Part shown: positions 14,401 through 28,889 of the stretch, piece after piece
How the letters are laid out: every line of letters begins with the position of its first letter
How positions within the stretch are numbered: position 1 is the first letter of the stretch
Assembly: GCF_964204645.1 (NCBI RefSeq)
Contig: NC_134031.1
Span: forward strand, 8,184,001 to 8,248,000
Direction of reading: 5' to 3'
From: Tubulanus polymorphus
Taxonomy: Eukaryota > Animalia > Nemertea
Length of the DNA: 64,000 nt
Notes under the pieces: generated by a model
Database searches by the model: none
Seen by the model: only the letters and a program-made list of their open reading frames with translations
Told to the model about the DNA's origin: nothing
Made by a program: the position numbers and the translations under genes

Positions 14401-17400
14401 ATTCTCAACGCGGATAACGCGAAAACTGTCCCAGCTGACATTTAGCAGCAGCAACAGCGTTTCAAACGCACAACAGCCACCCCGGTCTCAGCTCTGACTG
14501 TTCCGTATTATTCGTGAGTAAAAATCCGCTGCCGTTCGTTCATTCGTTCGAATGCCGGCTTATTGATTTCCATGGCAACGAAAACGACACAATTTCTCGA
14601 CAACACGCACGCAGAAGAGTTACCGATTAGAGTCGTAGATTGTTGTTGTTATCGCGCGGGTAATTGAGGGAAAGCTCATTTCGAAAAGAATCTCGGCTCA
14701 GCAGAATTAAGATAAGTGAGTGAGGGAATTAGTCATTGAATATCAATTGAGGTGAAAATCAAACTAGTTACAGTAATAATGAGCGAAAGATTGCTCCAGG
14801 ATAGTTCTGATCCAATGAGTCATTCTTACGATCTAACTTTTGTGCAAATGCTTGAAAACCGTAAAAATTCAAATGGATACTGAATGAACCACGAATGAGG
14901 CCCAGTCATTCTAGGATGTGAAACAAGAATTTATTGTGATTCACATCTGCTTACATGGCCAAGTAAGGACGCCTGGTTTTATAAACATGAAATGATTTAA
15001 TGAAATCAATATTGTTGAAAGTAACTGTTTTATTTCAACCAAATGAAAGAAAGTTAGTTATGAACTAGATTAACAAAACTGCCTCAAATGCTCCACTTCA
15101 TACAACAATAAAATCTTATGATGAAAATATTCCCCTCCTCATATTGATTAATGAAAAGAAGTTCCGATTGATGTGCACGCAATGGTACATCATCATTTCC
15201 AATGTTTCTTGTAAATGGGCAAGATGTAGCAATTTGACATTCAGATTTACAGTTTCGATGACAATATCAAAGTTGATAAAAACAGGTAACATATGAGCCT
15301 GTACAAGGTAAACCATGCTACTATACGATATTTGGTAGGCGATGGTATATTAGGGTATAGAGGTTCAAAGAACCAGATATAGACAGGATAGAATAATTCT
15401 TTCTCAAAGCCCCTGGTGGCCATCTACGAATACGACTTGAAATTCAATATATATATTTTTTTTTTAGGTCATGCTACATAGGCCTAATGTACATGCTCTT
15501 AATTGAGGCAATGAATAGGTTGGGCTGCAAAGGGCAGACATTTTTCATCAAAACGCATACGGGCCATTGAGCCAAACACAGGTGACCCTACTATGCAACG
15601 GAACCAGGAGCGACAGTCGCTATTCAGTGCTGCGCTCAGGTTGCCACGATTATCACGTACCCGTAGGCTAGTCATTGATCATTTGAATGATTTAAGACAT
15701 TTAAGCAACTTGTATCAAATCGCTTTACTCCGTCAATTACTATCACCTGGCACAAATTGACATAAATGACCTTACTCTCCAGAACCGGAATCTGAATTTT
15801 CTGCGATTGAAAAGGCTGCCATTTTGTTTTTGATCTATAGCCGAATGCTTATGTCATATGCGCCATCTTGCAAATCAAATCAAAGCATCTTGACAAGCGA
15901 TATGGTTATTGGACGTGGTAGGCAAATCATTGCTAGCACGTTGCTCAAGTAAATGGACAATTTGATCCATGTTGATTCGAGTTGCTTGAATGAAAATGAC
16001 TAGAATTAATAGAAAAAATATTTCAACCCCCTCAAGAGTCTTCCAATCAAGAAGTTCAGTGTTCAACCCAGAAAAAAAGTTTTATCAGCAAAACGATATC
16101 AAGTTGGCTTCAGCCTGAGTGCGCAGCTTAGATATCGTCATCATTAGTCAATTAGATATCCCCTTTCATTTCAGCCCGGGTTTTTCCATATAGTTTATCC
16201 GTGAAATTTGCCTCAGCAATTATACAACGGGCCATCCGATTGGTGCCGCAAGTTTTCTTGCTGAAAACCTGTGCATCGGGTCTAGTGTGGCAGCGTTTTA
16301 AGCCATGGCCGAGACTCGATACCATCAGGTTTGAATCCCTGGCGAGGAGGATATCCAGATCATGAGTGTAACGGATTGGATACTTTCCAGTGTGGTCATT
16401 CTTTTAGATGACACCTATTTCAACTCAGAAGAGAAGGAGACATGTTAACATAACGAAATACGTTGTAAGTGTATAACTGCAATTCCGGTCAGCGATAGCC
16501 GGCAATTAAGCGCAACAGAGCGCCGAGATTAAATTACCATGGAAACAGCAAGATGCCGATAGTTAGAACAATTACATTAACCCCGCCGGATTCTCTAATA
16601 TAATAAACGCTTTCTCTGCGAAGAAGATGACACGAATTATATCGTACACAATCGTCGCACTGTTTTCATTCAGCGCGAAAGAGATTATTAATTAATACCA
16701 ATTATCAGTTGCCATAGTTTCTCGAGACAATATGAAATGAAATAGAATCGGGTTGACATGATAATTCACACGAGTATTGACCGCGGCCGATGAAATGAAT
16801 AGAATACAATGCAATTGATGGGAATTTCTGAGTTATTACAGGGCATATATATTGTTTATAATCGATGGCGATTACAAGGAAATTTTCAGAGGATCTAATT
16901 TTCATGAGGAAATAACTTATTCAATTAGCGATGTCGTTTAACTTGATATTAAAACACTGACCGTTTTCTTTATGAATTCTCATGAGGATTTTCCATGCTA
17001 CCTGATGAAGGACTATAACATCTTGGGATTTTAAAACTAAAATATCTAAATTCATGCCAACTGTCATCAATTAATTAATACGCTGACAATTTTCATTCAA
17101 TGAACGAAACTCTGCGTATTCAAATTTTCATTCTAGTTAACTAAAAAATTTTCCTTCATTCACTGTGACTCGTCATCGTAGTGGGTTTATCGCATTTTGT
17201 CATAGCTACAATTCTAATTCCTAACTTCCTGAGAGAACAGGCAACTTGGCAAAACCAAATTAAAATCGAACAAGAAAATTAATTTTAGAAAATTATTTGA
17301 CGCCTGCGAAAAAAATGTATAATTTCTGGGCTAAGCTAATGTGGAATTGCAAATTTGAAATCGAAGTTTTAAGAAATTTGGGGAATGATGAGATTTGGCG

Positions 17401-17699
17401 ATTGGGTAGATGATACAGCGGGTCTTCGACTCTAGTAGTGGTTTAGATTTTTTTATTGAAAATTCTCAATAATTGATCGCGAACTTGCGACCGACTTCAT
17501 TTACTTATGCCTCTAAGCTGGTCTGCAACTTCATTGCCTCCATGGTTGAAGAACGAGCTCTTCTGATGTCTGCTTCATCATGACTTCGAGCATATCGTGT
17601 GGCCTAGGAGCCGGCCCGGGCCACGGGTATGGCTGTCACTCGATATCCTAGAGTCTTGAGTCTGGGTGGGTTGAAGTAGACATTGTCCTTTAAAATAAC

Positions 17700-17841
17700 A
17701 TGCTTATGTTGTTCTGTATGAATTACCCGTGTGTCATGTATGTTGTATTAATTTATTTTAAAACTTGTATTTATTGAATTTGGGAATTTTATCCCAAAAT
17801 TTCAATGTAATAAGGATCAATAAAGAATTGAATTGAATTGT
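17700..17841 (+). repeat. Possible 3' tail of a CR1/L2-type retroposon
   Basis: AATAAA followed directly by (GAATT)3, a tail style typical of CR1/L2 elements. Left boundary uncertain. Confidence 0.35.
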
Positions 17842-18757
17842 CACCTAATACACATGCCATCAGAGGACGCGGAGCCGTATATGATAGCTATGCTATTATA
17901 AATTGCTAATCTCACAAAACCTGCATACTCCTAATATCAAACATATTTTCTAAAACGTTTGAATATTGAAATTATATGTTTACACATTTTCATATTGACC
18001 GCTTGTAGCCGCTGATGAAATTCACGCCGGCCCTACACACATCGTAGATAGCTTCGTCATTCCACCGGCATGCCCACGTCAGGGTCTGACTTTTATATCA
18101 GACTTCCAAATCGTGTATACATCTGCCATTTAACCGAATAATCCGATTTACTTATCATTTCTATTTATGCCTGCCGCTTCTGATATAATCATACATCCTT
18201 TACTATTACAATACGTCTTCTAATGATATTCAATGCAATATAACATTTCCACGTTCAAATATAGGTCATTATATAATCACAGGAAGCCATTCTACATCTA
18301 TGTCAATAATATTTTGCCAGATAGCTTGTTTGTGTACACATAGACCTGTGACGTTTTGCACATCGATTTACGGCTGTCGTTTGTAAAATGACGCTGAATG
18401 GTTAACATTGTTTAGGTTTCATAATGGTAACGTTTTATAAGGCGTCAAAAAATTATCATATTACACCGACTGTTTTTGTTACCAATATATATGGTATTTC
18501 AATCTTTCAGATTTAAACCATAATGACGTATAAGTTTGTTAGTTTTACATTTTTTTAATTTCCCCAATACCGACCATAAAATTATTGCCATAAAAGGATG
18601 AAGCAAAAAAAACAATGTTTCAAAAAAACAATGTTTCTGAATGATCTGAGTAATATTTATCATGCCTATGCCAGCCACAATTGCATGAATATGAAGGCAA
18701 AAGTTGTCCTCTATCCTATCATATCTACAGCACTTCATCTCAGAATATTTATAATAT

Positions 18758-18868
<111 letters not shown>

Positions 18869-19241
18869 ATAGAAATAATTCTATGCCATACGAAAACGAG
18901 ATTTGTATTTTAATGAATTTTAAATTACATTCCTACGATCATTGCCATGGAAATGATGGTAGAAAATTACTGGCATGTTTCGATCATTATTAATTTACGA
19001 CGAATGCGCAAGAATTCTTTGATCGGATAAAGTTCGCGGCAAGCCAATAAATTCCGGAATATACCGGAGGAATAGAATAAAGAGGAACCAGAATCAAGAG
19101 AAAATTGTGCCGAGAACGAACATCGCTGAAACAGACGCAAAAAATTCTGTTATTGAGATATCATCAAACATATTTTAATTCGTGCATTAGCAACATTTAT
19201 CTTTCAAGGGGTACTGTTCAATATTGAATTAATGTGCTTAA

Positions 19242-19790
19242 CACGTTCGCTGCCGCTGACGAGATAAATCGTCATGGTGGGTGCACCGCAGTTTGCCATG
19301 ACGAGTTATATCGTCATCGATTCAATGTCATTTCATAGCGTTATGAATGACCTGGCAGAGGCAAGAAACCAGCTAACAATTGTCTGGCAGTATGGAGAGA
19401 CTAAGATATTATTTATGGGGGTAAGTCAAGTCTGGTGCACACTTGAAATTTTTTCAAAAAAATCTTCGGAAAGCAATGAATTCTAGCTTCTTATCCAGCC
19501 AATATTTAGAGAGAATATAACGACTAAAATCATTCTACATCATTTTTACAATAAAACTTTTATTCTTTTAGATTTTATTTGATTTTTCATACTTTTCACT
19601 GGCAATGGGGACAAGAAAAAATTGAGAATCTCTTCACCATTGCCAGTGACGAGACATTGGTTTTTTATACTAAAATAGATCAGTATATTGATTTATCAAC
19701 GTACAAATAGTGCTGGCAGCATATAAATTGTATAATGTCAAAAATTAGCGTTGGCAATGGCGACCGGACCGCTAGGTGGCAGCGAACGTG
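19242..19790. mobile_element. piggyBac-like MITE
   Basis: Perfect 13-bp TIR CACGTTCGCTGCC, TTAA on both flanks, internal GACGAG-N5-TCGTCA repeats. Confidence 0.85.
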
Positions 19791-22700
19791 TTAAAATCAT
19801 GGCTTCGATAAAACCAGGATTACGAGAATCATATCATCTGCAAATCGATAAATTGGGTTTTGTATTTTCAGATTTAAGCCATAGGTAGAAACTAGAATGC
19901 GGCTAATGCCACATTTGTCTCCCTAGGATAAGCAGTATCCATCTTGATTAGAATTTCTCAATAGCATAATCGTGTGAATCAGAAATTCAAAAAGGCTACT
20001 ATGACTGCCATATTGGACGGAGGATAATCACCATTTTTCAACACGGGCGAACGTCTCGCCTCAATACGAACTCATCACATCACATCATCATCATACGTTT
20101 GCCTTTTTTTTTTGGTATCATCTTAAAGGTATGCGATAACATCTGGAGCCGATTTCATCGCATTCATCGCTTGATCTCAGCAAATCAAACATGTTCGATA
20201 TTTTCACATGCTCGATTTAATTACACGGGATTGTTTTTTTTAAACGAAAATCGTCAGTAGCCAATCAGAATGCAAGACGAAGTGGTGTGACAGGATCCAA
20301 TTGGAGGCCCTCTCAATCGATGAACCAGGAAATGTTAAAAATGTGCGGGTTCGATGCGATTTCGTTCGCAGCATTGGTCCATTGTATGCGACCACACATC
20401 ATCTGATGAAAGCAAAGGTGTGCATCAAGCTTTATACATCAAAATTTAAAGCAATCGATTGTTTTGTTCGCTTGATGGGGTTTATGAGGAGTTTAAAAAG
20501 GCAACAATGGCGGTCATATTGGAAGAGGATCACCATTTTGAATATGGCTGGACCTCTCGAACTCATATGCTCAGTTTCAAGAAAGTCCCTTTAGATTCAT
20601 AATGTATCATGCTAGCAATCCTAACAACAAGGCATGCTGCATAGTGCGCACCAAGATAGGATGGTTCAATCTTGGAGTAATCTTTTGTCAAATGACTACT
20701 CCGAGGTTCAATCAAATAAATCATATTGGCCTCGATCGGATAAAAGTTTTTGAACTGCTCCCGATTAGGCCCAGGCCAACCATTCGAACTGGTGCCAAAT
20801 TGGTTAACGCCTATTTGACATGACCCATGCCATACATCAGCACTGGTCGAATCATTCAGTATTAACCTTGCTGGTTCTGGAAGTGACTCACCTCACTTGC
20901 CATAGCATCATTTTGATAGTATTTGTAAAGAAATCTAACCTAGTGATTTATGTGTGAACGCCCTCTCTAATTAAGTATGGTGAAAATTCAATAACACTAA
21001 ATATCTACTATGTGATAACACTAAATATCTACTCTACACATGAAAATTGAGTTTTCAAAAAATAATATTTCTGAAACCATTTTACTACCCATCATGCAGC
21101 ACCTTTGCTTTTATCGCCAATATCAGGAGACTCTATAGGATTATTAGATATCACAGGGATATGTTTACAGCAATTTAGTATATGAACACCTGGATAAAGG
21201 TACACATTCAGAACTTTCAAACCAACATACATACCTCAGTGAAACTCACAACAGAAAACTTCCTAATCGTTCCAATTTCCGAAGAAAATATACAATTTTT
21301 CAAGTTTTTTTTTCTCACTTAGTACCGAGCATTCTTACATCTCAAAGTTCTCCATGACCGATAAATGAAACAAATACGTCAGAATACAAGTAAAAAGCTA
21401 TCACTCCTTTATATATACATATACAGTGACCTTATTAAAATACGCAAATTAACTATGAACATCCAGATTACATTAAGATGTAGGAAATTCCAGAAGAATT
21501 AGTTTACACAGGATATGTATCAACATATTGCACTAATAACAGTTCTTGAAAATTTTTATTTGTTTATATCATTTATAATTAAGGAAAATATCATAGACTG
21601 GTTTTCATTAAAACATATGTCTTTGTGAAAACCTGCACGGCAGGTACAGCGGAATTTGGAATTAGTAGCGTTTCGTAGCTTCGCTTTCCGTATGAAAACA
21701 ACAACAGAAATATACAACTGTTTCGAGTACTGAATATTTCGTTAGAATTTTGAATTGGTACATAACACTGTGATTTTATCAAGAAGACTTACACAACAAC
21801 CTAAAATCCGAACTGACAAATTTACAAGATATTCTCACAAAGCCATCCAGGCTCATATCCGCACAAACATTAAGATTTGCAAAAGGCAAACAGCGTCGAT
21901 ATATAACGCAAAAAACAAAGAATTGTTGCACTTAAAAACTCGTGAAATGGGACTCTTAGTTAAAACTCTAAAATTGTACGATGTATACCGTACATATAAT
22001 ATAATCGAAAATATGATATATTTTGTTTCGCAATACCGGAATAAACTGGTTTACTTAAATACTTGAAACCGCAAATGTGAGATATTTCACATAAGCAACT
22101 AGCGACTCGGTGAGCAAGCTTTCTGTAATATACCAAAGAATTTGCTTATCTGCCACAGCCATAATTCTTTCAGCAAAATAACGAACACAGCGTTTTTCGG
22201 GGAGAAACATGTCAGTTTTTGCGTGTTTTGAATGTTGGTAATAAAACAAGCGCGCATGCTGCTATGCGAACAGTTATTTTTGGCCAGTTTTGTGTGATTT
22301 ATAAGAGGCTGCCGCCAGTTTTTGCCATATAACAGTGAAATTTGCTCGATACGCGCAGCTTCCTAGCTCATCGCATTGCCAGAGTTACGCCAGCGAAATG
22401 TATACCTTGATGGCAGTCATCTTCTAAAATAAGTGGCATGTGTATCTTTTAAGTATCATTTTTAGTTAGATCCCTAGTTACGATTTCGTGGTCGACAATT
22501 TTTATTACTTCATCTACTCGAACATCGGTGGCGTTATTGCTGAAATACGATGGGATACCTGGGCTGCCATCCACTATGTGCTATCAGTAACAAATTGAAT
22601 TCTTTTCAGCAACATTTCATTGAAATATGAAAGAAATTGTTCTAATTAATCAGTAATCAACCGTAAGACCTCCAGTAACATCTTTCAAATTTCTGAATGC

Positions 22701-25700
22701 ATCAAACAAATCAAATGAGTATTTCTTGTTATAAAGCAGTTACAAATACTGAAAATCAGGCAGTTGGCAGCTCTGGGATCCAACCAGGGTTTTCTAAATT
22801 TCTTTGGCTAGTTTTGATTTTGATGTTATGATCACCAAAGCGCAATATTTCCCATAGAACCTTTAATTAAAATAACCGGAAGAGAATTTGATCTGAAAGA
22901 AATCTTACTGTTTTTATATTGTTGGTAAATCAATCTAGGATCTAATTTCTTGGTTAGTCAATAATAAGTGAGTGACAGTGCCTATAGATAACGAAACTAA
23001 ATCTAAGTATTGTCATATCATAAAACCAATTCAGTATCAGATTATAACTAAGCTATGATTAACTACCAATAGACTTGAATTTCAAATTTCAATGACAATA
23101 GCGATGTCCAGTTGTACATTTCTACATTAGTACACATTTTTTACAATATTGATAGAAAAGCTCGTAATTAAACAAAAAAGTGGGGATAGATTTTCCAGAA
23201 AAAAATCCATGATTCTGCATTTTAAAGAGCACATGTTATTTGTGGCTTGCAATATATTCTACGGTAATTTCATCCACTTTGCCACTAGAAATCTAATTTT
23301 CCCATATCAGAATTCGGAAAACGATTGCGCCATGGCTCTTCAAAACAGCTGCGTATAACAATTAATACAATCACACACACGAATATCATATATACTCGTC
23401 ATTTCGATGATTTCAGCAAAAAACAATCCTTTCTGTTTTAGCCGTCAGTAAAAGCAAGAAAATCGAGCACCCATTTGTGTCATTTCGGCAAACGAATATC
23501 ACACTGAAAACTGGTGAAATTCACAAAGCAAGATCATTTTTCACGATCCGAATATCAAAAAGAGAATTCAGATCATTGAGGTGGCAATAAAAATCCAAAA
23601 ATGCCAAAATTTGAATAGTTATACAGTTTTAGACAAATAGGAGGGACAAATATCAATTAACTCGAAAACGATTATTTGAAAAAATCTCTTGAACCATAAA
23701 CGTCATTCATAACCTGCACTATTCAATGAAACAGTCTTTATTCATGTGCCTAAAAGTGTGAAACACAAAACATATTGTCAGGCCGTTACCATAACGATGG
23801 TTACCTTCACACCAAAATCCTGCCCCGCTAACACCGGGTTTACCTAATAAACAATACACACAGTCACGAAACACTCAATGCAGATTTTAAGTATATTCCG
23901 CGTTTATGCCTTACTGTGCAGATTTGGGCGAGAAACATTTGTCTTTACGCGCATAAACACTGTACACGCGGGTGTAAAAGAAGCATAAATTTCTCAATAA
24001 ACGATCTCAATTCTTGGCAAAAATATCGAGTAAATCTATCTTTGATTGATTGAAATCTCTAGCGATCGCCAAGGAACATATAATAATTATACATATACAC
24101 ACACACAACATTTTCATTAAAAAAATTAATAACCACATTTCCGTTATCGCAATCGAACGGGGATAATTCTACGATAAATAACAAAGCGTGCATCCCTCGT
24201 TATTTAGCCGAAGAGTATTTATCAGCAAAATGCAGGAAAAAGAACTTCCTGTTTTTCTGACTAAATTCCAGCCACTTAACCAACGAAAACGAGACAAAAA
24301 TTTGCATATAATTGCCGCTTACATATATGTAGAAAATGTGTGACCTGAGATCGAGCAACTGAGAACACACAAGCCGAAAGACTCGAATAATCTAATTGTT
24401 CTCAGACCTCGTTCTTTTCCCCGTTTTGAAGTTTCTCATTGCTGGCCGCTTTTGACTTCGATTATAACGCAGAAAACGAGCCATCAGAGTGTACAATTTT
24501 GAGACGACGTTCTTTCTCATAAAAACAAAGTGAAAAAAAATAAAGAATTAAACTTGATTGTTTACCCGGTACTTTTAACAATTTTTGCTAAACTCTTGCT
24601 GCGAAAAATTTCTGCTTATTGGAATCGAATGCGACTTTCAACATACACGTATCATCAAACTTGGTTATCGAATGCCAATCTGCCACCATTGCCTTGTAAT
24701 TGAATAACCTAAATTCCATTTCTATATATTTCCCCCAAAGCATGGCTACTTACCTTCTCACTATGGTTTTTTTTTTGTAAGAGCGTAATACAAAAATCGA
24801 AGTTTGATTTTCGTGCGACGTAAAATGTGCAAACTTTTGACAACGTTCATTATATAACCCCTGAAAGCTTTTCCATACAAATAATGCGTTCATTCATTAT
24901 TATCATGTGCCCTCTTTTTATCAGCGAAATCTCGAAATGAGGACATCAATTTTTTGTAAATTTGATCATGAATAATGACTTTATATCTAAGGTTTTGAGG
25001 TTGAACCATTGTAAAGTATAAGCAAAACGTCACTATACATGAATATACGACTTGCCCGCAAGAATAGGCATTTTGCCGAGAAAAATCTGAACAAAACCGA
25101 GCCAAAATAAATGCTGAATACCGCATAAAAATGTGCAAAAGCTCTATTATCCAACACGCTTTTTTTCTACAGATCCGTCGTTCCACTCGAAAACACTAGC
25201 CTTAATATCTAAGTTGCCTAGATTTACACGCTGCCAGCAAAATTTACACAACCACCAAACGAGTGCAAGATTATGCAATAATTACTCGAATAATTGATCC
25301 AGAAAAAAAAAGCCTATCCAATCATCAAATTCTGGGAAATGTAGCCAATAAACTTATCACCGCGTAAAGAACAATTTTATTTAAGCATTATCGTTATGTT
25401 ACTAATTACAAGATCTGCTAACAATCTATACTTCTTATAGGTTTGGAATTTTAAATTTTGATTTTATATAGATAAGTATCTACTTTATCCCTTGGGAAAC
25501 ATTTCAAAATGTTACATATTCCATAGTTCTTCATCATTGTATTACAACCATGACAGTTACCTCACCCAGCTATGGCATATACCGAGTATCAAAAATGTGT
25601 AGGCTCAGATATAGTTTCAGTAGACATCCTATAGGCAGTAACGAAAATTTGCTTTAGATTTCATGTAATCAAACTGAATTTTACTCCATCAAAGCTAACA

Positions 25701-27375
25701 GCAAGTTCCTCGAGTGTTAACTATTCCACTAATTATATATCGATGAATGAACAAACACTTAAAACCTATTTCATAAGGGGTTGGAAAACCTAAAAGGCTT
25801 GCAATAAAGTGTACGCAAGTAGGGGTTAGGGATGTGACAAATATGTACCAGACATGTGGATAGGGGTCTGAATAAAAAACCTGTAAAAGCCAAAAGAAAG
25901 GTATTTTAGCAAGTGTTTAGATGCCTACACTGAATCGTCAAACATATCAGGGACAGATCATGAATTGACTATTTAATTCATCTGTTGTGATGAACTTAGG
26001 TGATAACTCCTGTATGAGAAAGTATGGCTATTGTACTGAGTTGGTGAAATATTCTGAAAAATTCTTATTCTAGGCAAGCACATGGAAACATGCATTGACA
26101 TGGTGCCATGATAAGCTTATTTGCTTCTTAGGCTAGACAAGTGATAATAGGACTACATAGAAAATGTTCACATATATAACTCATTCTTTTTAATTTCAAA
26201 CATAATTTGAACTTCGATGAGAAAATCGCTTTTAAAAATATAATTTGTTTCATTTAATTCAATTTCATTTAATTTAACCCAAGAATCTAGTTAGGAGGCT
26301 ATGGAACAGGCTCTGAACATGGTTTGTAGTTTATTTCTAGCTATCTAGTATGTGTGCAAAATGAAATCAGAATTTGGTCTCATAATCAAACATCAAATAT
26401 CATGTTTAATTTCTTGCGACATTATTTAACAATTTGGATACAAAGTTCAAAGCAAAACAATGTACGTATTTTTTCACAACAGTTCAGTTTTCTTACTGCG
26501 ACCTATCTTTAAGGAAACTTTTGATTTTAAATAAATTTTGAATTCAAATCTGGGTTCATCCAGTATACTAAGTGTATCATCATTGCCCAAATGATCAACT
26601 CAAAATTTTAAGGTACAGATTCCACCACACTGTACAGGGATGAATCTAGACTGTGTCAGAATTGTCTCTCCATTTAACTTATAAACTCATACAGGGGTAT
26701 AGCCAAAAAAGTTTCGACTAAAGACCCCAATATATTCAATTAATTTATCAATTTTTAAACATCGAAGGATACAGAAGGATACAGGTCTTTTTATTGACCT
26801 TTTGAACATTTCCTTGCCTATTTTAAATAGGCAAGGAGATATTTTCAAAATTTTCCAGTCCTCCCACATCTCTTTGTCAACATCGGTGCTTTCAGTATTC
26901 CCATTCTGTCTTTCCGAATATCAGGTGGCAGTTTCACTTTCCCAAAGAATGAGCCCTCCCATAGAAAATGCTGGCTACACCCGTAATGTTCCGGTATGTT
27001 CCTTTTACCTGAGTTAGCATCTAAGAACGGTAAAAGTCTTTAATTCATCTGGAGCTTCAGAATGTAGCAAAATGTGTTGGTGCGCATTTGAAACAGACCT
27101 CTAATGCATGCACCTATCATTCACCTATGTGAACTTTTTGAACCTGTGACCTGGGCAACTAGCGAGGCTGGATTCTCGCCACTACAGTTTCCATAATGTA
27201 AGACAGCACTTATTTTTTCAAATTGAGAATTCAAAAAGATGTACATGTAGCCCGATGGCACTAAGTAAATAGCTAGGCCTAATACGACTGTAAGTATTAT
27301 ATGTGATAGATATTGATTTGAAGATTCCAATGAAAATTATTGCGAAAACAATGATTAGGATAAAAGGAAAGTTAC

Positions 27376-27439
27376 CTCACTGGTGGTGTCACCGACATAT
27401 CAATCTTAACGGTGGTAGGGTTTCATAGCAGCTCCATTT
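27376..27439 (-). other. Candidate non-coding 5' leader exon of CASZ1
   Basis: 64-nt segment between a good acceptor (TTTTATTCTATTGCAG|) and donor (GAG|GTAACT), same strand as and upstream of the CASZ1 exon. The link to CASZ1 is inferred. Confidence 0.45.
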
Positions 27440-28875
27440 CTGCAATAGAATAAAACAGGCAGAAAACTACATATGTATATAAACTGACTGACTAGGTTAT
27501 CTATCTTATTATTGTGTAAACCATTGTTCTGAAGCTTAACAAATCATGAACTCGTAAATCTTTCACATTACACAAACACAGAAAAAAAGCTAAATGTACC
27601 GCCAGAGAAATATAAGAAGTATACTCTAAAATGGTTACTAAGCAGTGGATTTCATGGAAATTATCCTCGGAACAAAAAATTTGATAGCTATATACACGTA
27701 CATATAATCGTTACTCGCAAACTCATTAGCTTCAGGTTCTCATATTCTGACAGTTCATTATTTGTAAAATGTATAAAATTTCCTCGCAAGTCACACCTGG
27801 AGAAATATTCGCCACGGCGTATAAATACTTTCTTAATATTAATAGCAAAACACCTGAACGTATTCATTACTTAACGCATAATCCGTCCAATTCCAAAAAC
27901 GTTAATCCTTTTTCGAATTGATGACTAATTAGATATCGACCGATGGACAGGCCTTCATGGCAAAGGCAGTCACTTCAGAAAACACGTTTATTTTGAAAAA
28001 TATTAACGGATTTCTTACTTAAATTCTCTCACCGTTTTCAATTCTCAAACCTATGAAAATACCAAGGTGGAAAAATAACGAGAAATGATTTTGCCGTGCT
28101 GTTGCTACTTGCAAAAATGTTAGTTAGATCATATCATTTCAAGTGATTGTGCAGAATTTCCTATACCCCAACCCCTGATATTGACTCTCAACGTTCAATG
28201 GACAGCTCAAGTAATTTCTGTTCAAGTCATCACTTGTTTCTGGCTTTGGAATCACTTTGCACGATTAGTTTCTGGAGAGCACCTTTGATTAGTTCTATTG
28301 TTTAAAAGGGGCTGTACAAATTCATAATCCTATTCTATCTAAGCAAACGATATTGCGCTATGAAGCATCAATCAATGTATGCCTAAAAAAGTGATAAAAA
28401 ATATTGTTTCAAAATTGTCAATTCAAAATATCTTATCACTTGGAATAATAGGCCTATGCGCAAAATGTAAAATCTGAAATTTTTATCCCTTTAGAAGTGC
28501 CTTTTCAAATATTTGATAGGAAGACAACAAAGATATATTATGGTAGGCCTATCTGGCCTTTTTGGACATATTGAAAAGAACAAATTTTTGATTATTTTGC
28601 AGAAAGGAAGGTTTGACACGACATGTAATTCAAACCAGTTTTGTCAAGAAACTGAAACGAGATTCAATAAATCAGCGACATATTCAAGAAATACAATGGT
28701 AGGCTTTTTGGCAAAAAAACTGGAAACGCACATTTTGTTGAATATAATGACTGGCAACATAGCATTGAATTCAAGAAAATCGTCACAAACCCATTTTAAA
28801 AATACGAAACGCGAAATGCAGACATTAATTGGAAAAGTCTTTTCGCCGCGTTTCAAAAGCTTAATGAATTTTCAG

Positions 28876-28889
28876 GTTGCCATGGCAAC
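28876..28889. promoter_or_regulatory. Perfect palindromic RFX X-box GTTGCCATGGCAAC
   Basis: Exact match to the RFX consensus, 2.7 kb upstream of the ciliary gene LRRC23. Confidence 0.55.
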
